Counted from the stretch's first letter, positions 1 through 9,823 are shown. The stretch is DNA of 19,475 nucleotides from Opitutales bacterium (GCA_049599475.1 JBMYOQ010000075.1:1-19475), one strand, 5' to 3'. Notes: generated from the letters alone by a model not told the origin. A program made the numbers and translations.

Positions 1-53
1 GTGGTGCACTTTGACCCGCAAACGAGTGGTGCACTTTAACCCGCAAAATGACA
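1..53 (-). mobile_element. IS21-family-like terminal inverted repeat (element continues off the left edge)
   Basis: The reverse complement reads TGTCATTTTGCGGGTTAAAGTGCACCACTCGTTTGCGGGTCAAAGTGCACCAC. It has a 5'-TG end followed by two 22-bp TTTGCGGGTYAAAGTGCACCAC repeats at a 25-bp period, which is the iterated-end architecture of IS21 elements. It is 53/53 identical to 19423..19475. Confidence 0.8.
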
Positions 54-138
54 GTAGGGAGAACCGTCTCGGTGAGCCGATCAGGGGCCGGACCATGGCT
101 CAACTGGAGCGCCACGCCGAGACACGATCGGCCATACC
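54..138. repeat. GTAG-type REP doublet (REPIN-like), copy 1
   Basis: Arm 54..79 (GTAGGGAGAACCGTCTCGGTGAGCCG) matches the reverse complement of 9881..9906 at 24/26. It is followed by a 30-nt spacer and a degenerate inverted arm at 110..138 (CGCCACGCCGAGACACGATCGGCCATACC). It lies just downstream of the 169..3324 gene. Confidence 0.75.
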
Positions 139-168
139 GCTTACCCTTCAGGATCATATAAAGAGGCG

Positions 169-3100
169 CTAATTCGCCAGTTCCCAGGCTTCCTCGGTGT
201 ATGAATAGATCCAGACCTCACCGTCTTCTTCGAAGCGATATTGCCATTCTTGGTCAGTATCGGACCAGATAAATGGATCGTCAAATTCGCTAAATAGGAA
301 CCACTCTTCTAGCGCGGAGAGCCAGACCCAAAGGCTTTCACCGCCCGCTTCCGGAGAATACTTAGTGTCATCCTCAATCAAGATCCAACCCAAGGGCTCA
401 TGATACACCCAAGGAACCTGTGAAGCCTCGAAGAGCCCAAACCAATCGACATACAGCCATTCTACAGTCGTCTCACCGTCATCAAAAGACGCTACCTGAG
501 AAACAGAAGAGAATGCGTCGCGGGCAATTTCAATTTCTTCAACTGCGAGTTTCCCAGAGATCTTCTCGGTGACAAAACCATTGTCGAGCACAACCTCATA
601 TGTCCCCGCCGCCTCGCTACTTACGTTCGGCAAGGTCCAAGACGGCTGATTCACCAATTCAATTAGTTCGAAATCGTCTGCGTCTTCAGCCCTGAAATAC
701 CAACTGTATGCAATGCTCACACCACTTGTAGCACTTACATTGAAGGAAACATCTTGGCCCAAAAGAATGTTTCCACCGATACTGGATCCCAATATTTGAA
801 TTTCTGGAATAGGTTCGAAATTAGCAACGACTTCGCCGCCTTCCACGATTATCAAGGAAAAGCTTTCGGCGAATGGCACGGCTCCGTCAAATCCTTCCAA
901 TTCCCAGCCGGAAAAATAAAACCCAGTTGCAGGCACTGCCGTAAGTATAATTTCAGTTCCACTCGCGATCGTCTCCAGATCTACCGAACTAAGAGAAGCA
1001 CCGTTTGAATCCTTAACGGAAATTGAGCCACTGCCGACAGCACGCACCGAAACCGCATGCGTAACGACAAGTTCCCCTGTGAGCGTCTCGGCTACAAAGC
1101 CATTATCAAGAACCACTTGGTAAGTCCCGCTCATTGCTCCTGTAGCGCCGTCAAGTGACCAGCTGGATTTTGTAATTAGATCTAAAGGTTCAAATTCTGA
1201 TTCTCCATTCGCTTTAAATGACCAACTGTATGTGATTGGAGACGCGCTAAATGCAGTAACACTAAATTCAAAATTTCCGCCTTCTTGGATAATGCCCGCC
1301 ATCGCAGATTCTGTTATCTCGATTAAGGCGACACGTGTCGGTTCAATAAATAAATCGTAGGCCCCTAGCTTGAATTCAGAAGCACCCAAAACTGCCAGCG
1401 TGTAATCTCCAGCACCCAACTCTAGGTTGCTCATTGAGAAATTGGCGAGTTCACCATTTCCGACTGCTTCTTTAACAATGACGCCCTCTGAGTTGTAAAG
1501 GATGCCAGCCGTATCAGCGTTACCCTCAGTGTAAATGTCTACGAGGCCATCTTCAGAAAGGGAAAAACCGAAGTAGTCGTAATCCCCGAAGTATTGAATT
1601 GCTTTTGAAGTTTCTGGTGACGGGCTGCCTTGATTTGCAGGATCGGGTGAAATATATGTCGGATTTCCCAGTTCTGTGGCTAGTGCCTCTAGATTGCCGA
1701 CGCTATCAACGGGGAGGGATTCTACACTTAAGTCCAGCACATCGATTGTCTGAGTGATATCACCATCTGTAATCGCTAATGAGTAGAAGCCGCTATCACT
1801 CAGGTCGGCGGGCGACAATTCCAAGCTAGCGCTTGTTGCCCCTGAAACCGCGACAGGATTGCTGATGCCGTCGTCCGGAGTGACATCCACAAACCATTGA
1901 AAGCTCAGGTCGCCGAGGATCTCGACGTCGAAGGTGAAGGGGGTTCCCGCAGCGATGGTATAAAGATGAGGCAAGGCTGCAGCGTCGTAGAGATAGACGA
2001 GCGGATCCTCTGATTCGGTCTCAGGTATGATCGTTAGGTTGTCCCATCTCTGTTCCCCGGGAGATTCTCCAGCCTCTGGCTCTTCAATATCGACATCCCA
2101 GCTGAATCGATAGGTCCCGTCAGGAATCCGATAAGAAAGGGTCGTCCAACCGTCTGTATTGTTCAAATCGTTTGAGCTGTCAGAGACATACCCGAAATCC
2201 TGGATTATGAGGCCGTCCCCATCTTTGAGAACCCCATCAATGGTTACGTCTGAATCTATTGTCTTATCAGCGTCACTCGCGTAATAGTCGAAGCTGACAA
2301 TCGCGGGTCCCGTAACCTCGAATCCCAAATCGAACGAGTTCTCGGCCGTGGCTAAAAAAGGTGGAGCCGAAAGGTAATCGCCACCCTCACCGTCATCCTC
2401 CAAAGCGAACCGCGCACCATCCGTGAATTCAATGCCTGTAGTGTCTAAAGCTTCATTAACAAGGGCACTTATAGCCACTGGATCTACCACCAAAGCGTGT
2501 TCGTAGCCCGCCCGACTGCTTCCAGTCCCGTTCGTGAATTCGAAACTATAGAGACCTGAATCGCCACCGTCTCCAGCCACTGCATCGACTACAGTGAGTT
2601 CTGCTCCGGTCGCTCCCACTATTTCAATATCGTCCTTATACCATTGAAATGAATAATCCCCCAAAAAGCCGGAGGCAGTCAGCGTAAAGGTGCCCTCTTC
2701 ATATGTTTCTACCGTTGGGTCACTGTCGGAGCTGGTTGCATAAAAATAGGCAGCGGGTTCGAGATCATTGTCGCGGCTTTCAATCGTGAGATTATCCATC
2801 CGGAAATCTAGACTGTTGCCGTTCACTGGAAAATACAGATCCACTGCCACAAAAATAGTGAATGTGCCGGTCGGAATCTCCATTTCACGGACTGCCCATT
2901 CGCCATCGGGCCCCTCGTCAGTGCGGTCCTCGAAATCTGTAAATCCGACAACACCCCCCGTTGCGCTGGGATCGTCGCCTTGAATCAGTACACCGACAGT
3001 TCCGGCTTCGAAAGGGTCGCTCAGAAAATACTCAAAGCTTACCTTCGCCGGCCCCTCGACCTCGATCTGCAAATTGTATCTCGAGAAGTCCTCGCCCTCC

Positions 3101-3324
3101 TTCAGGGCCTCTGAATCGTAACCTGCGACAGATAAGAAATCCCCGTCAACCCGGTCATCATCCTCTACCAAAGTAAAACCGTCACCATCACTGATAGCAG
3201 CTGTAGGGTTATCTAAGGCATTCTGGATATCGACGATGGATTGAGCTCCCGCCGTGGTGACTACAGCCGGGACCAATACAGATATTACAAGCTTCCAAGA
3301 GAGAGAAAACAAAAGAGATTTCAT
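169..3324 (-). CDS. Large acidic secreted/surface protein: 2x (beta-sandwich + Ig-like), PPC-like domain, Ig - InlB-B/Flg_new-like repeat - Ig, Trp-rich C-terminal domain
   Basis: 1051-aa ORF with a signal peptide (MKSLLFSLSW...TTAGA). It has repeated ALD...GPAxVSFxY...DGW...DNLTI modules and Ig motifs (FQWY...DSGxYS, YSW...GTYxVVLDNG). Also present are a PPC-like DYDYFGFSL...DTAGILY...AGDYTL segment, LTAVPATGFYFSGW, and a C-terminal WFG..PWVYH..LGW Trp-rich tail. Confidence 0.85.
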   Translation of the reverse strand: MKSLLFSLSWKLVISVLVPAVVTTAGAQSIVDIQNALDNPTAAISDGDGFTLVEDDDRVDGDFLSVAGYDSEALKEGEDFSRYNLQIEVEGPAKVSFEYFLSDPFEAGTVGVLIQGDDPSATGGVVGFTDFEDRTDEGPDGEWAVREMEIPTGTFTIFVAVDLYFPVNGNSLDFRMDNLTIESRDNDLEPAAYFYATSSDSDPTVETYEEGTFTLTASGFLGDYSFQWYKDDIEIVGATGAELTVVDAVAGDGGDSGLYSFEFTNGTGSSRAGYEHALVVDPVAISALVNEALDTTGIEFTDGARFALEDDGEGGDYLSAPPFLATAENSFDLGFEVTGPAIVSFDYYASDADKTIDSDVTIDGVLKDGDGLIIQDFGYVSDSSNDLNNTDGWTTLSYRIPDGTYRFSWDVDIEEPEAGESPGEQRWDNLTIIPETESEDPLVYLYDAAALPHLYTIAAGTPFTFDVEILGDLSFQWFVDVTPDDGISNPVAVSGATSASLELSPADLSDSGFYSLAITDGDITQTIDVLDLSVESLPVDSVGNLEALATELGNPTYISPDPANQGSPSPETSKAIQYFGDYDYFGFSLSEDGLVDIYTEGNADTAGILYNSEGVIVKEAVGNGELANFSMSNLELGAGDYTLAVLGASEFKLGAYDLFIEPTRVALIEITESAMAGIIQEGGNFEFSVTAFSASPITYSWSFKANGESEFEPLDLITKSSWSLDGATGAMSGTYQVVLDNGFVAETLTGELVVTHAVSVRAVGSGSISVKDSNGASLSSVDLETIASGTEIILTAVPATGFYFSGWELEGFDGAVPFAESFSLIIVEGGEVVANFEPIPEIQILGSSIGGNILLGQDVSFNVSATSGVSIAYSWYFRAEDADDFELIELVNQPSWTLPNVSSEAAGTYEVVLDNGFVTEKISGKLAVEEIEIARDAFSSVSQVASFDDGETTVEWLYVDWFGLFEASQVPWVYHEPLGWILIEDDTKYSPEAGGESLWVWLSALEEWFLFSEFDDPFIWSDTDQEWQYRFEEDGEVWIYSYTEEAWELAN

Positions 3325-3336
3325 TTGTTAACAAAT
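3323..3336. promoter_or_regulatory. Perfect 14-bp palindrome ATTTGTTAACAAAT overlapping the start codon; candidate operator
   Basis: Perfect palindrome at the ATG of the 1051-aa gene. The same TTGTTAACAA core occurs at 12801..12812. Confidence 0.35.
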
Positions 3337-3862
3337 TCTTTAACACCTTAAACCCACCACCCCAAGCACACGCGAGACCAAATTCCGCGATAACAAAATC
3401 TCACCAGAGGGGTAGATTTGAACGGGATTCTTCACTATCTTCCCGAGATGGCAGAGTTCGACCGCATTCATTGGCGCTTACCAGCAATTCGTCGTTAGAG
3501 CCTGAGCGATTATACACGCTAACAATTTCGTATCTGAGAATCAGTGTTGTCGCTTCCGAAAAATAGCTCCCCCATTTCCGCTTGATTTACAACAAGCTTC
3601 TCAGAGGCTAAGAAAAACTGGCGCTTTCTTGCAGCCTCTACAGACGAGGGTTTGTTCATTTTTCATATTTGTGTATCTCCAGGGCATTCAAACTTGTCTC
3701 CTAAGGTGTCACCCATGTCCTGAACCTTTTTGTTACTTATCTCTCAAAACCGAACGACCTTGAAGGGCTGATCTGTCAATGAGTTTGATTTTCTCTTTCT
3801 TCGCCCAATTGCGCTTCAGCATCTACCTTTTCATCCCCCACCCTTATCTCCCCTAAAAACCC

Positions 3863-3891
3863 TTGCGTGGGAGCTTGGGAAAAACCATATT
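3863..3891 (+). promoter_or_regulatory. Candidate sigma70 promoter for metG
   Basis: TTGCGT-N17-CATATT, ending 17 nt before the ATG at 3909. Confidence 0.3.
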
Positions 3892-3908
3892 CGTCTGTTT
3901 TTCCTGCC

Positions 3909-5450
3909 ATGAAACGCTTCTATCTTACTACTGCGATTGACTACGCGAACGGCTCGCCGCACTTGGGCCATGCTTATGAGAAGGTCCTGACGGACGTGAT
4001 AGCTCGGTTTCGTAGGCTTATGGGGGATGATGTTTACTTCCTGACCGGGCTTGATGAGCACGGGCAGAAGGTGCAGCAGGCAGCGCAGAAACAAGGTGTG
4101 CCCGAAATCGAAATCTGTGATGCGTATGCGGAGGCTTTTCAGTCGCTGTGTGGCGATTTAGGGATCTCGAACGACGATTATATCCGGACGACTCAGGAGC
4201 GTCACAAGAGCGTGGTGCGCGATATTCTGCAGCAGCTCTACGATAAGGGCGAGATCTACAAGGACGATTATTCCGGCTTCTACTCCGTAAAGGAGGAGCG
4301 CTTCCTTCAGGAAAAGGACCGGAATGAAGATGGTTCGTGGCCCGCGGAGTTTGGCGAGGTCACCGAGATCGTAGAGACCAATTACTTCTTCCGCTTGTCC
4401 AAGTATCAGGACTGGCTGCGCAGCCACATTCAGGAAAATCCAGATTTCATTTTCCCCCGTTTCCGCGCAAAACAGGTTCTCGAGTTTTTAAAAGAACCGA
4501 TCAACGACCTGTGTATTTCACGTCCCGTCGAGCGCCTGTCATGGGGCATTTCCCTGCCCTTCGACGAAGGTTATGTGACCTATGTCTGGTTTGACGCCTT
4601 GATCAACTACATCTCTGCAGTGGGCTACGGCACGGATCGTTTCGCGGAAAACTGGCCTGCAGATTACCATGTGATCGGTAAAGATATTCTGGTCCCCGCG
4701 CACGCGGTCTATTGGCCGATTATGCTGAAGGCCGCGGATATCCCACTTCCGAAGTCTCTCTTGGCGCACGGCTGGTGGCTGAAGAGCGGCAACAAAATGT
4801 CCAAAACAGGCGGAGATAATGTAAACCCGCTCGATCTTATTGAGAAATTTGGAGCTGGCGCCTTCCGATATTTCGTGATCCGCGAAATGAACGTGGGGCA
4901 AGATAGCGACTTTGCGACGGATCTCTTTTTATCCCGCTACAATAATGATCTGGGTAATGATTTGGGCAATTTGGTCAGCCGCGCGTTGAACATGGTGGGG
5001 CGCTATAAGGGCAAGGTCGTCCCGGCAGCCAGTGTCGAAGAAGCCCCTGAAAAGGAGCTCAAAGCCTTGTGGGCCGAGACTGCGGAGTCGGTAGTGAAGC
5101 TCTACGACGAATTCCAATTCCACACCGGCTTGGATCGCACATTTAGCTTTATCAAAGGCATCAATCGCTACCTCGAGCAACGCGCTCCATGGAAACTCAC
5201 GAAATCTGAAGATCCTCAGGACCAAGAAATTTTGAGCACCTCCCTCGCCCTTTGCGTTGAAGGAATCCGCTTGGGGGCCACTCTCCTTCTCGCGGTGACT
5301 CCGGATATTTCGACACGAATCTTTGGTTTGTTCAACGCCGAGGAACCCACCCGTTGGGATGCAGATTCATTGGCTTGGTCCAATGCTCTGGAGGGCAAGA
5401 CTCTAGGCGATAAGGAAATCCTTTTTCCGCGCATTGAGCTCGACGCCTAA
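3909..5450 (+). CDS. metG: Methionine--tRNA ligase (short form, no C-terminal tRNA-binding/dimerisation domain)
   Basis: MKRFYLTTAIDYANGSPHLGHAYE (HIGH motif), TGLDEHGQKV, ISRP..RLSWGI, YVWFDALINY, IGKDI, KMSKT (KMSKS motif) and LGNLVSR. The ATG at 3909 is preferred over the upstream GTG at 3867. Confidence 0.97.
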   Translation: MKRFYLTTAIDYANGSPHLGHAYEKVLTDVIARFRRLMGDDVYFLTGLDEHGQKVQQAAQKQGVPEIEICDAYAEAFQSLCGDLGISNDDYIRTTQERHKSVVRDILQQLYDKGEIYKDDYSGFYSVKEERFLQEKDRNEDGSWPAEFGEVTEIVETNYFFRLSKYQDWLRSHIQENPDFIFPRFRAKQVLEFLKEPINDLCISRPVERLSWGISLPFDEGYVTYVWFDALINYISAVGYGTDRFAENWPADYHVIGKDILVPAHAVYWPIMLKAADIPLPKSLLAHGWWLKSGNKMSKTGGDNVNPLDLIEKFGAGAFRYFVIREMNVGQDSDFATDLFLSRYNNDLGNDLGNLVSRALNMVGRYKGKVVPAASVEEAPEKELKALWAETAESVVKLYDEFQFHTGLDRTFSFIKGINRYLEQRAPWKLTKSEDPQDQEILSTSLALCVEGIRLGATLLLAVTPDISTRIFGLFNAEEPTRWDADSLAWSNALEGKTLGDKEILFPRIELDA

Positions 5451-5532
5451 TAAGCGTGATTAGCCAGGGCTATTATTGATGAATCGAGTGGAAAATGCAG
5501 GTTCCCAGGATAGATTCTCAATTGCCTATTAA

Positions 5533-6948
5533 ATGCCCTCGATGACCGAAATAATCGCCCAGCCCAAACGTGATGAAGCTGCCCTGCTGCAGCTGCTTTC
5601 AGATGCGCAGGCTCGTGCAAAGAGCCAGGGGCACCCGACCCTCGTAAGCATCTCACTGGAGGTTGACTTCTTGGATCCCTTGGCGGTTCTCGAAAGCATC
5701 TGGGAGCGCTCCGAATGGCACGCCTACTTCGAAAACGTGGCTGAAGAATTTGCCTTCGCAGGAGCCGAATCCGTGTGCAAAGCCGAATTCTCGGGCCCGA
5801 ATCGCTGCGAGGAGGCGGAAAAGTGGGTCGAATCTATCTTGGGTTATTGCATTGAGTCCGGAGACACCGATCATCCCTACTCGGGGCCACAAATTATGGT
5901 CGGTATGACCTTTTCGGACAAGGCATCGAGTGCCTTTGCACCGATGACAGTCTGGGTGCCCCGCTGGCAGGTCCTGCGCGTGGCCGACCAAACAATTGCC
6001 GTGGCGAATGCTCAAATCGAGGCCGATACAGATATCGAGGCCGTCGCTCTGCGAATGATGAGGGCTCATGGCAGGTTTGCCGAATTCAAATACTCCGAGG
6101 CAGCCGCACGGACACCCTCCCTGACTGACCTGAAGCAGGACTCGTCACAAAAAGAAGACTACACTCATGGTGTAAGCGCGGCTTTGAAAGACATAGAACT
6201 GGGGCGTTTTAAGAAAATAGTTTTAGCCCGCAGCGAGACATTCCGATCGAAAACGCCTCTTAGCCCGATCGGTCCCATGTCCCGAATGCGCGAAGCCTTT
6301 TGGGGTTGCCATTGTTTCGCATTCGGGAATGACCAAGGCACCTCATTCATAGGAGCCACCCCCGAAATTCTCTTTAAAAAGCAAGGAGACATCCTGAAAA
6401 CTCAGGCTCTAGCGGGTTCGATCTCCAGGGCTGAAAATGCGCGCGATGATGCAGACCTAGGCTCCGCGCTCCTGCATTCAGAAAAAGACCTACACGAACA
6501 TGAGCTCGTGCGCGAAGCGATTGTCAGGCGCCTCAAAGGTATTGGTGTCGATGTATTACCCAATAAATCGCCAAAGCTTCTAAAGCTTAAAAACATCCAA
6601 CATTTAAATACGCCTCTCTCTGGAAACACCGGCGGCCGAGCGAGCTTTTGGAGTATTTTAAATGCCTTACACCCCACGCCCGCGGTCGGAGGCTCACCGC
6701 GCGAGGTCACTGCAGGACTCCTGGATCAATATGAGACTCTCGATCGCAGTCTATACGCCGGAGCTATCGGAATGGTAAACAGGCAGGGAGATGGCAAAAT
6801 GCATGTAGCGATACGGTCAGTCTCTGTCTCTGAGCACACGATGGAGTTTTTCGCAGGCGCGGGAATTGTTGCTGGATCGGATCCCGAAAAGGAATGGGAA
6901 GAGACTCAGCTCAAGATGAACGCGATGCGTGATATTTTTAACCCGTGA
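5533..6948 (+). CDS. menF: Isochorismate synthase (menaquinone pathway)
   Basis: Chorismate-binding fold motifs KIVLAR, FIGATPE, ALAGS, SEKDLHEH, IQHL, LHPTPAVGG, YAGAIG, AGAGIVAGSDPEKEWEET. The stop codon overlaps the menD start. Confidence 0.9.
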   Translation: MPSMTEIIAQPKRDEAALLQLLSDAQARAKSQGHPTLVSISLEVDFLDPLAVLESIWERSEWHAYFENVAEEFAFAGAESVCKAEFSGPNRCEEAEKWVESILGYCIESGDTDHPYSGPQIMVGMTFSDKASSAFAPMTVWVPRWQVLRVADQTIAVANAQIEADTDIEAVALRMMRAHGRFAEFKYSEAAARTPSLTDLKQDSSQKEDYTHGVSAALKDIELGRFKKIVLARSETFRSKTPLSPIGPMSRMREAFWGCHCFAFGNDQGTSFIGATPEILFKKQGDILKTQALAGSISRAENARDDADLGSALLHSEKDLHEHELVREAIVRRLKGIGVDVLPNKSPKLLKLKNIQHLNTPLSGNTGGRASFWSILNALHPTPAVGGSPREVTAGLLDQYETLDRSLYAGAIGMVNRQGDGKMHVAIRSVSVSEHTMEFFAGAGIVAGSDPEKEWEETQLKMNAMRDIFNP

Positions 6949-8846
6949 ACAAGTCAGTCTCAGACGGAATGGAAAACGCGGACTCAATTAAGTATTCAAA
7001 TATTAATACATATTGGGGCGACCTTCTCATTCAACGTCTACGGGCAAACGGAATTCGCCGCTTTGTAATCTCTCCAGGCTCGCGCAATACCCCGCTTACG
7101 TTCGCGTGTAGCCACCTTGAGGGCATCGAAGTCGAGGTAATCGTAGACGAACGCAGTGCGGCCTTCTTTGCGCTCGGTTGGAGCAAGTCAACAGGACGCC
7201 AGCCAGTTGCCCTGATCTGCACTTCCGGCAGTGCCCTGAGCCACTATCTACCCGCGATCATTGAAGCGCGCTACGGCCACATCCCGCTTCTTGTCCTGTC
7301 AGCCGATCGTCCAGACGAGCTTCAAGACTGCCACGCAGGTCAAACCATCCGTCAATCGGGGATTTTTGGGGTATATGTCGAAAATGAGATTGCCGCACCG
7401 GCACCTTCTCTAGGGACTTTGAATGATTTTGCGAGCCGCGTCGACTCGCTATGCTGCGCGCTGAAGAGACCAGGATCTTACGCCGCCCATATAAATCTTC
7501 CATTTCGCGATCCGCTGACTCCAGGAGTCGAGGATGGCAAGCGAGAATCATACATCCGGCACTTCAGAGAACTGACCGAATCTGAATCACTCAGAACTCT
7601 CGATATTGAAAATGGAAACAAGGCAGGCGGAACAAACCCGGAGAGCAACCGAGTTGTCGACCCGGCTAGTGCGGCTCGCCGAGACGATTCGGCGTATCCT
7701 GAAGATGCCTCCCTCCCGCACGGTGCGTCATTGGCTGGAGAGAACGATTCCGTCACTCAGGCTCCTTTTAAAGTTGCCTCAAAATCGATCTTAATCGTCG
7801 GCCCCTATTGCTTGGACTTGGGTTACGAAAACGCATTAGAGCATTTCATTCAGAAGTTTTCGGAAGCTTTCAAGGGTCCCGTTCTATGCGATGGTCTTTC
7901 GAGGCATCGTTTCCAGGTAGAGAATACAATCGCGCACTACGATTTGTACCTGCGGGATGGCGATATACGTAATACCCTGAAGCCTGATTCGATAATCCTA
8001 ATTGGCGACCTTCCCACTTCTAAACCCCTGCGTGCCGCGATCGAGGCCTGGGAAAGTCCGATTACCGTTCTATCCTTCGATAGCGATCGTAGAGACGCGG
8101 GTATTCCGGGGAAATGGACGTCTGTGCAATTAAGGGATCAAGGTGAGATAGAGGCGCTTACCGAATCCATTGGAAGTGAGCACGCTGACGATCAATACAT
8201 CTCGGTGTGGGCAGAAAAGGATGCGTTTGCGGCGAAGGCTATTTCGGATTTTAGAGCAGATGAGGCTCCAGTAGAATGGTTGCTGCCGCGCGAGATTACT
8301 CGGTCGATTAGGGCGCCTACGAATATTTGGATCTCAAGCAGCATGCCGGTGCGCGATTGGGAGGCGTTTGCATGTCGCTGTGAATGTGATCTGCGGGTAT
8401 TTGTAAATCGTGGAGCAAACGGGATCGATGGGATCATTGCTGCGGCATCTGGAATGGCCCGAGGTGGCCAGAGGCAGAGCCTACTTGTCATAGGCGACGT
8501 GGCACTATCTCACGATGCGGGAAGCCTAGCCCTGCTTGCGAAGCTTCAAACGCCGCTCACAATTTTGGTAATTCAAAACGGCGGGGGCCGTATCTTTGAG
8601 CACCTGCCGATCAGTCAAGTAGACTTCGATTTCGAGCGATTCTACCTGACTCCATCCTCCGTAAATTTACAAAAACTTGCCGAGAGCTACGGACTCGATT
8701 TTCATGCAATTGAGCAGGTTGCACATTTACGCAAAGCCCTCAGCGAACAGCCTTCCAAACATCGCATTTTGGCCATTAAAACCGATGCCGAAGACAACCT
8801 CGCTCGCCGCAAACTTTTTATATCAACCCTTCTATCCAAACTTTAA
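6945..8846 (+). CDS. menD: SEPHCHC synthase MenD, with an extra linker containing a REP-derived segment
   Basis: [58 protein letters not shown] and the ThDP motif GDVALSHD...NGGGRIF. The start could be the GTG at 6945 or the ATG at 6969. Confidence 0.93.
   Translation: MNKSVSDGMENADSIKYSNINTYWGDLLIQRLRANGIRRFVISPGSRNTPLTFACSHLEGIEVEVIVDERSAAFFALGWSKSTGRQPVALICTSGSALSHYLPAIIEARYGHIPLLVLSADRPDELQDCHAGQTIRQSGIFGVYVENEIAAPAPSLGTLNDFASRVDSLCCALKRPGSYAAHINLPFRDPLTPGVEDGKRESYIRHFRELTESESLRTLDIENGNKAGGTNPESNRVVDPASAARRDDSAYPEDASLPHGASLAGENDSVTQAPFKVASKSILIVGPYCLDLGYENALEHFIQKFSEAFKGPVLCDGLSRHRFQVENTIAHYDLYLRDGDIRNTLKPDSIILIGDLPTSKPLRAAIEAWESPITVLSFDSDRRDAGIPGKWTSVQLRDQGEIEALTESIGSEHADDQYISVWAEKDAFAAKAISDFRADEAPVEWLLPREITRSIRAPTNIWISSSMPVRDWEAFACRCECDLRVFVNRGANGIDGIIAAASGMARGGQRQSLLVIGDVALSHDAGSLALLAKLQTPLTILVIQNGGGRIFEHLPISQVDFDFERFYLTPSSVNLQKLAESYGLDFHAIEQVAHLRKALSEQPSKHRILAIKTDAEDNLARRKLFISTLLSKL
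7622..7698. repeat. Degenerate GTAG-type REP doublet inside menD (copy 2)
   Basis: Arm 7672..7698 (CGGCTCGCCGAGACGATTCGGCGTATC) matches 9881..9907 at 21/27. The inverted arm 7622..7648 (GGCAGGCGGAACAAACCCGGAGAGCAA) matches the reverse complement of 9881..9907 at 18/27. The spacer is 23 nt. Confidence 0.7.
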
Positions 8847-8854
8847 GACACGCT

Positions 8855-9703
8855 ATGAGCACAGCAGCATTCCAGTGGAAACAGTACGGTAATTACCAAG
8901 ACATTATCTATGAAAAGACAGACGGTATCGCGAAGGTGACGATCAACCGTCCACACCGCCGTAATGCCTTTACACCCGACACGGTCATGGAGATGTATTC
9001 AGCTTTTACGGACGCACGTGAAGATCCGTCTGTGGGAGTCGTGCTACTGACGGGAGCAGGCCCACACACAGATGGCAAGTATGCCTTTTGCTCGGGGGGT
9101 GACCAAAAGATCCGGGGCGACCAAAAAGGCGGATACATCGGAAAGGACGGCGTCCCACGCCTGAATGTATTAGACCTGCAAAAGCTAATACGCTCCATGC
9201 CTAAGGTCGTGATCGCATTGGTCTCCGGATACGCGATTGGCGGCGGGCATGTATTGCATGTCATTTGCGACCTCACTATCGCCGCCGACAACGCAATTTT
9301 CGGTCAGACTGGACCCCGGGTAGGCTCCTTCGATGGCGGCTTTGGCTCGAGCTACTTGGCTCGGATTGTCGGCCAGAAGAAGGCCCGCGAAATCTGGTAT
9401 CTGTGTCGCCAATACAATGCCGAAGAAGCGGAAAAAATGGGGCTGGTGAATAAGGTCGTGCCCGTTGAACAATTAGAAGCCGAAGGCATCGAATGGGCCC
9501 AGGAAATCATGCAAAAGAGCCCTCTCGCAATTCGCTGCCTCAAGAGTGCATTCAATGCGGACGTAGACGGACAAAGCGGTCTGCAAGAACTCGCAGGCAA
9601 TGCCACCCTTCTCTACTATCTTACCGAGGAAGGCAACGAGGGCAAAAACGCGTATGTGCAGAAACGGGCACCTGAGTTTAAAAAGTATCCTTGGCTGCCA
9701 TAG
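8855..9703 (+). CDS. menB: 1,4-dihydroxy-2-naphthoyl-CoA synthase
   Basis: Crotonase-fold MenB motifs [69 protein letters not shown]. Confidence 0.97.
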   Translation: MSTAAFQWKQYGNYQDIIYEKTDGIAKVTINRPHRRNAFTPDTVMEMYSAFTDAREDPSVGVVLLTGAGPHTDGKYAFCSGGDQKIRGDQKGGYIGKDGVPRLNVLDLQKLIRSMPKVVIALVSGYAIGGGHVLHVICDLTIAADNAIFGQTGPRVGSFDGGFGSSYLARIVGQKKAREIWYLCRQYNAEEAEKMGLVNKVVPVEQLEAEGIEWAQEIMQKSPLAIRCLKSAFNADVDGQSGLQELAGNATLLYYLTEEGNEGKNAYVQKRAPEFKKYPWLP

Positions 9704-9823
9704 GGTTGTCGCCAATTCACTCTCCTAGAGGTCAGCTCGTAAGCAGAATCGAATAAGAGGCAACTGAGTGCCGCGGCCGTAGCCTTTTAGACCCTTCCTC
9801 AAAATTATTTTCGTAAACAAACT

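Noticed and set aside
1..47. GTGGTGCACTTT(G/A)ACCCGCAAA repeats as a CRISPR array or iteron
   Set aside because: There are only two units with a 3-nt gap and no spacers. They end in TGACA and are mirrored at the other window end, which fits an IS21-type terminus.
3400..3510. tRNA-like fragments (GTTCAAATC on the minus strand; CGAGATGGCAGAG on the plus strand)
   Set aside because: No paired T-stem or acceptor stem is present, and no cloverleaf can be built.
3619..3633. Sigma54 promoter TGGCGCTTTCTTGCA
   Set aside because: The GG-to-GC spacing is 9 nt rather than the required 10.
3730..3908. SAM riboswitch or T-box leader upstream of metG
   Set aside because: CTTATC occurs, but the other SAM-I or T-box conserved elements and terminators were not found.
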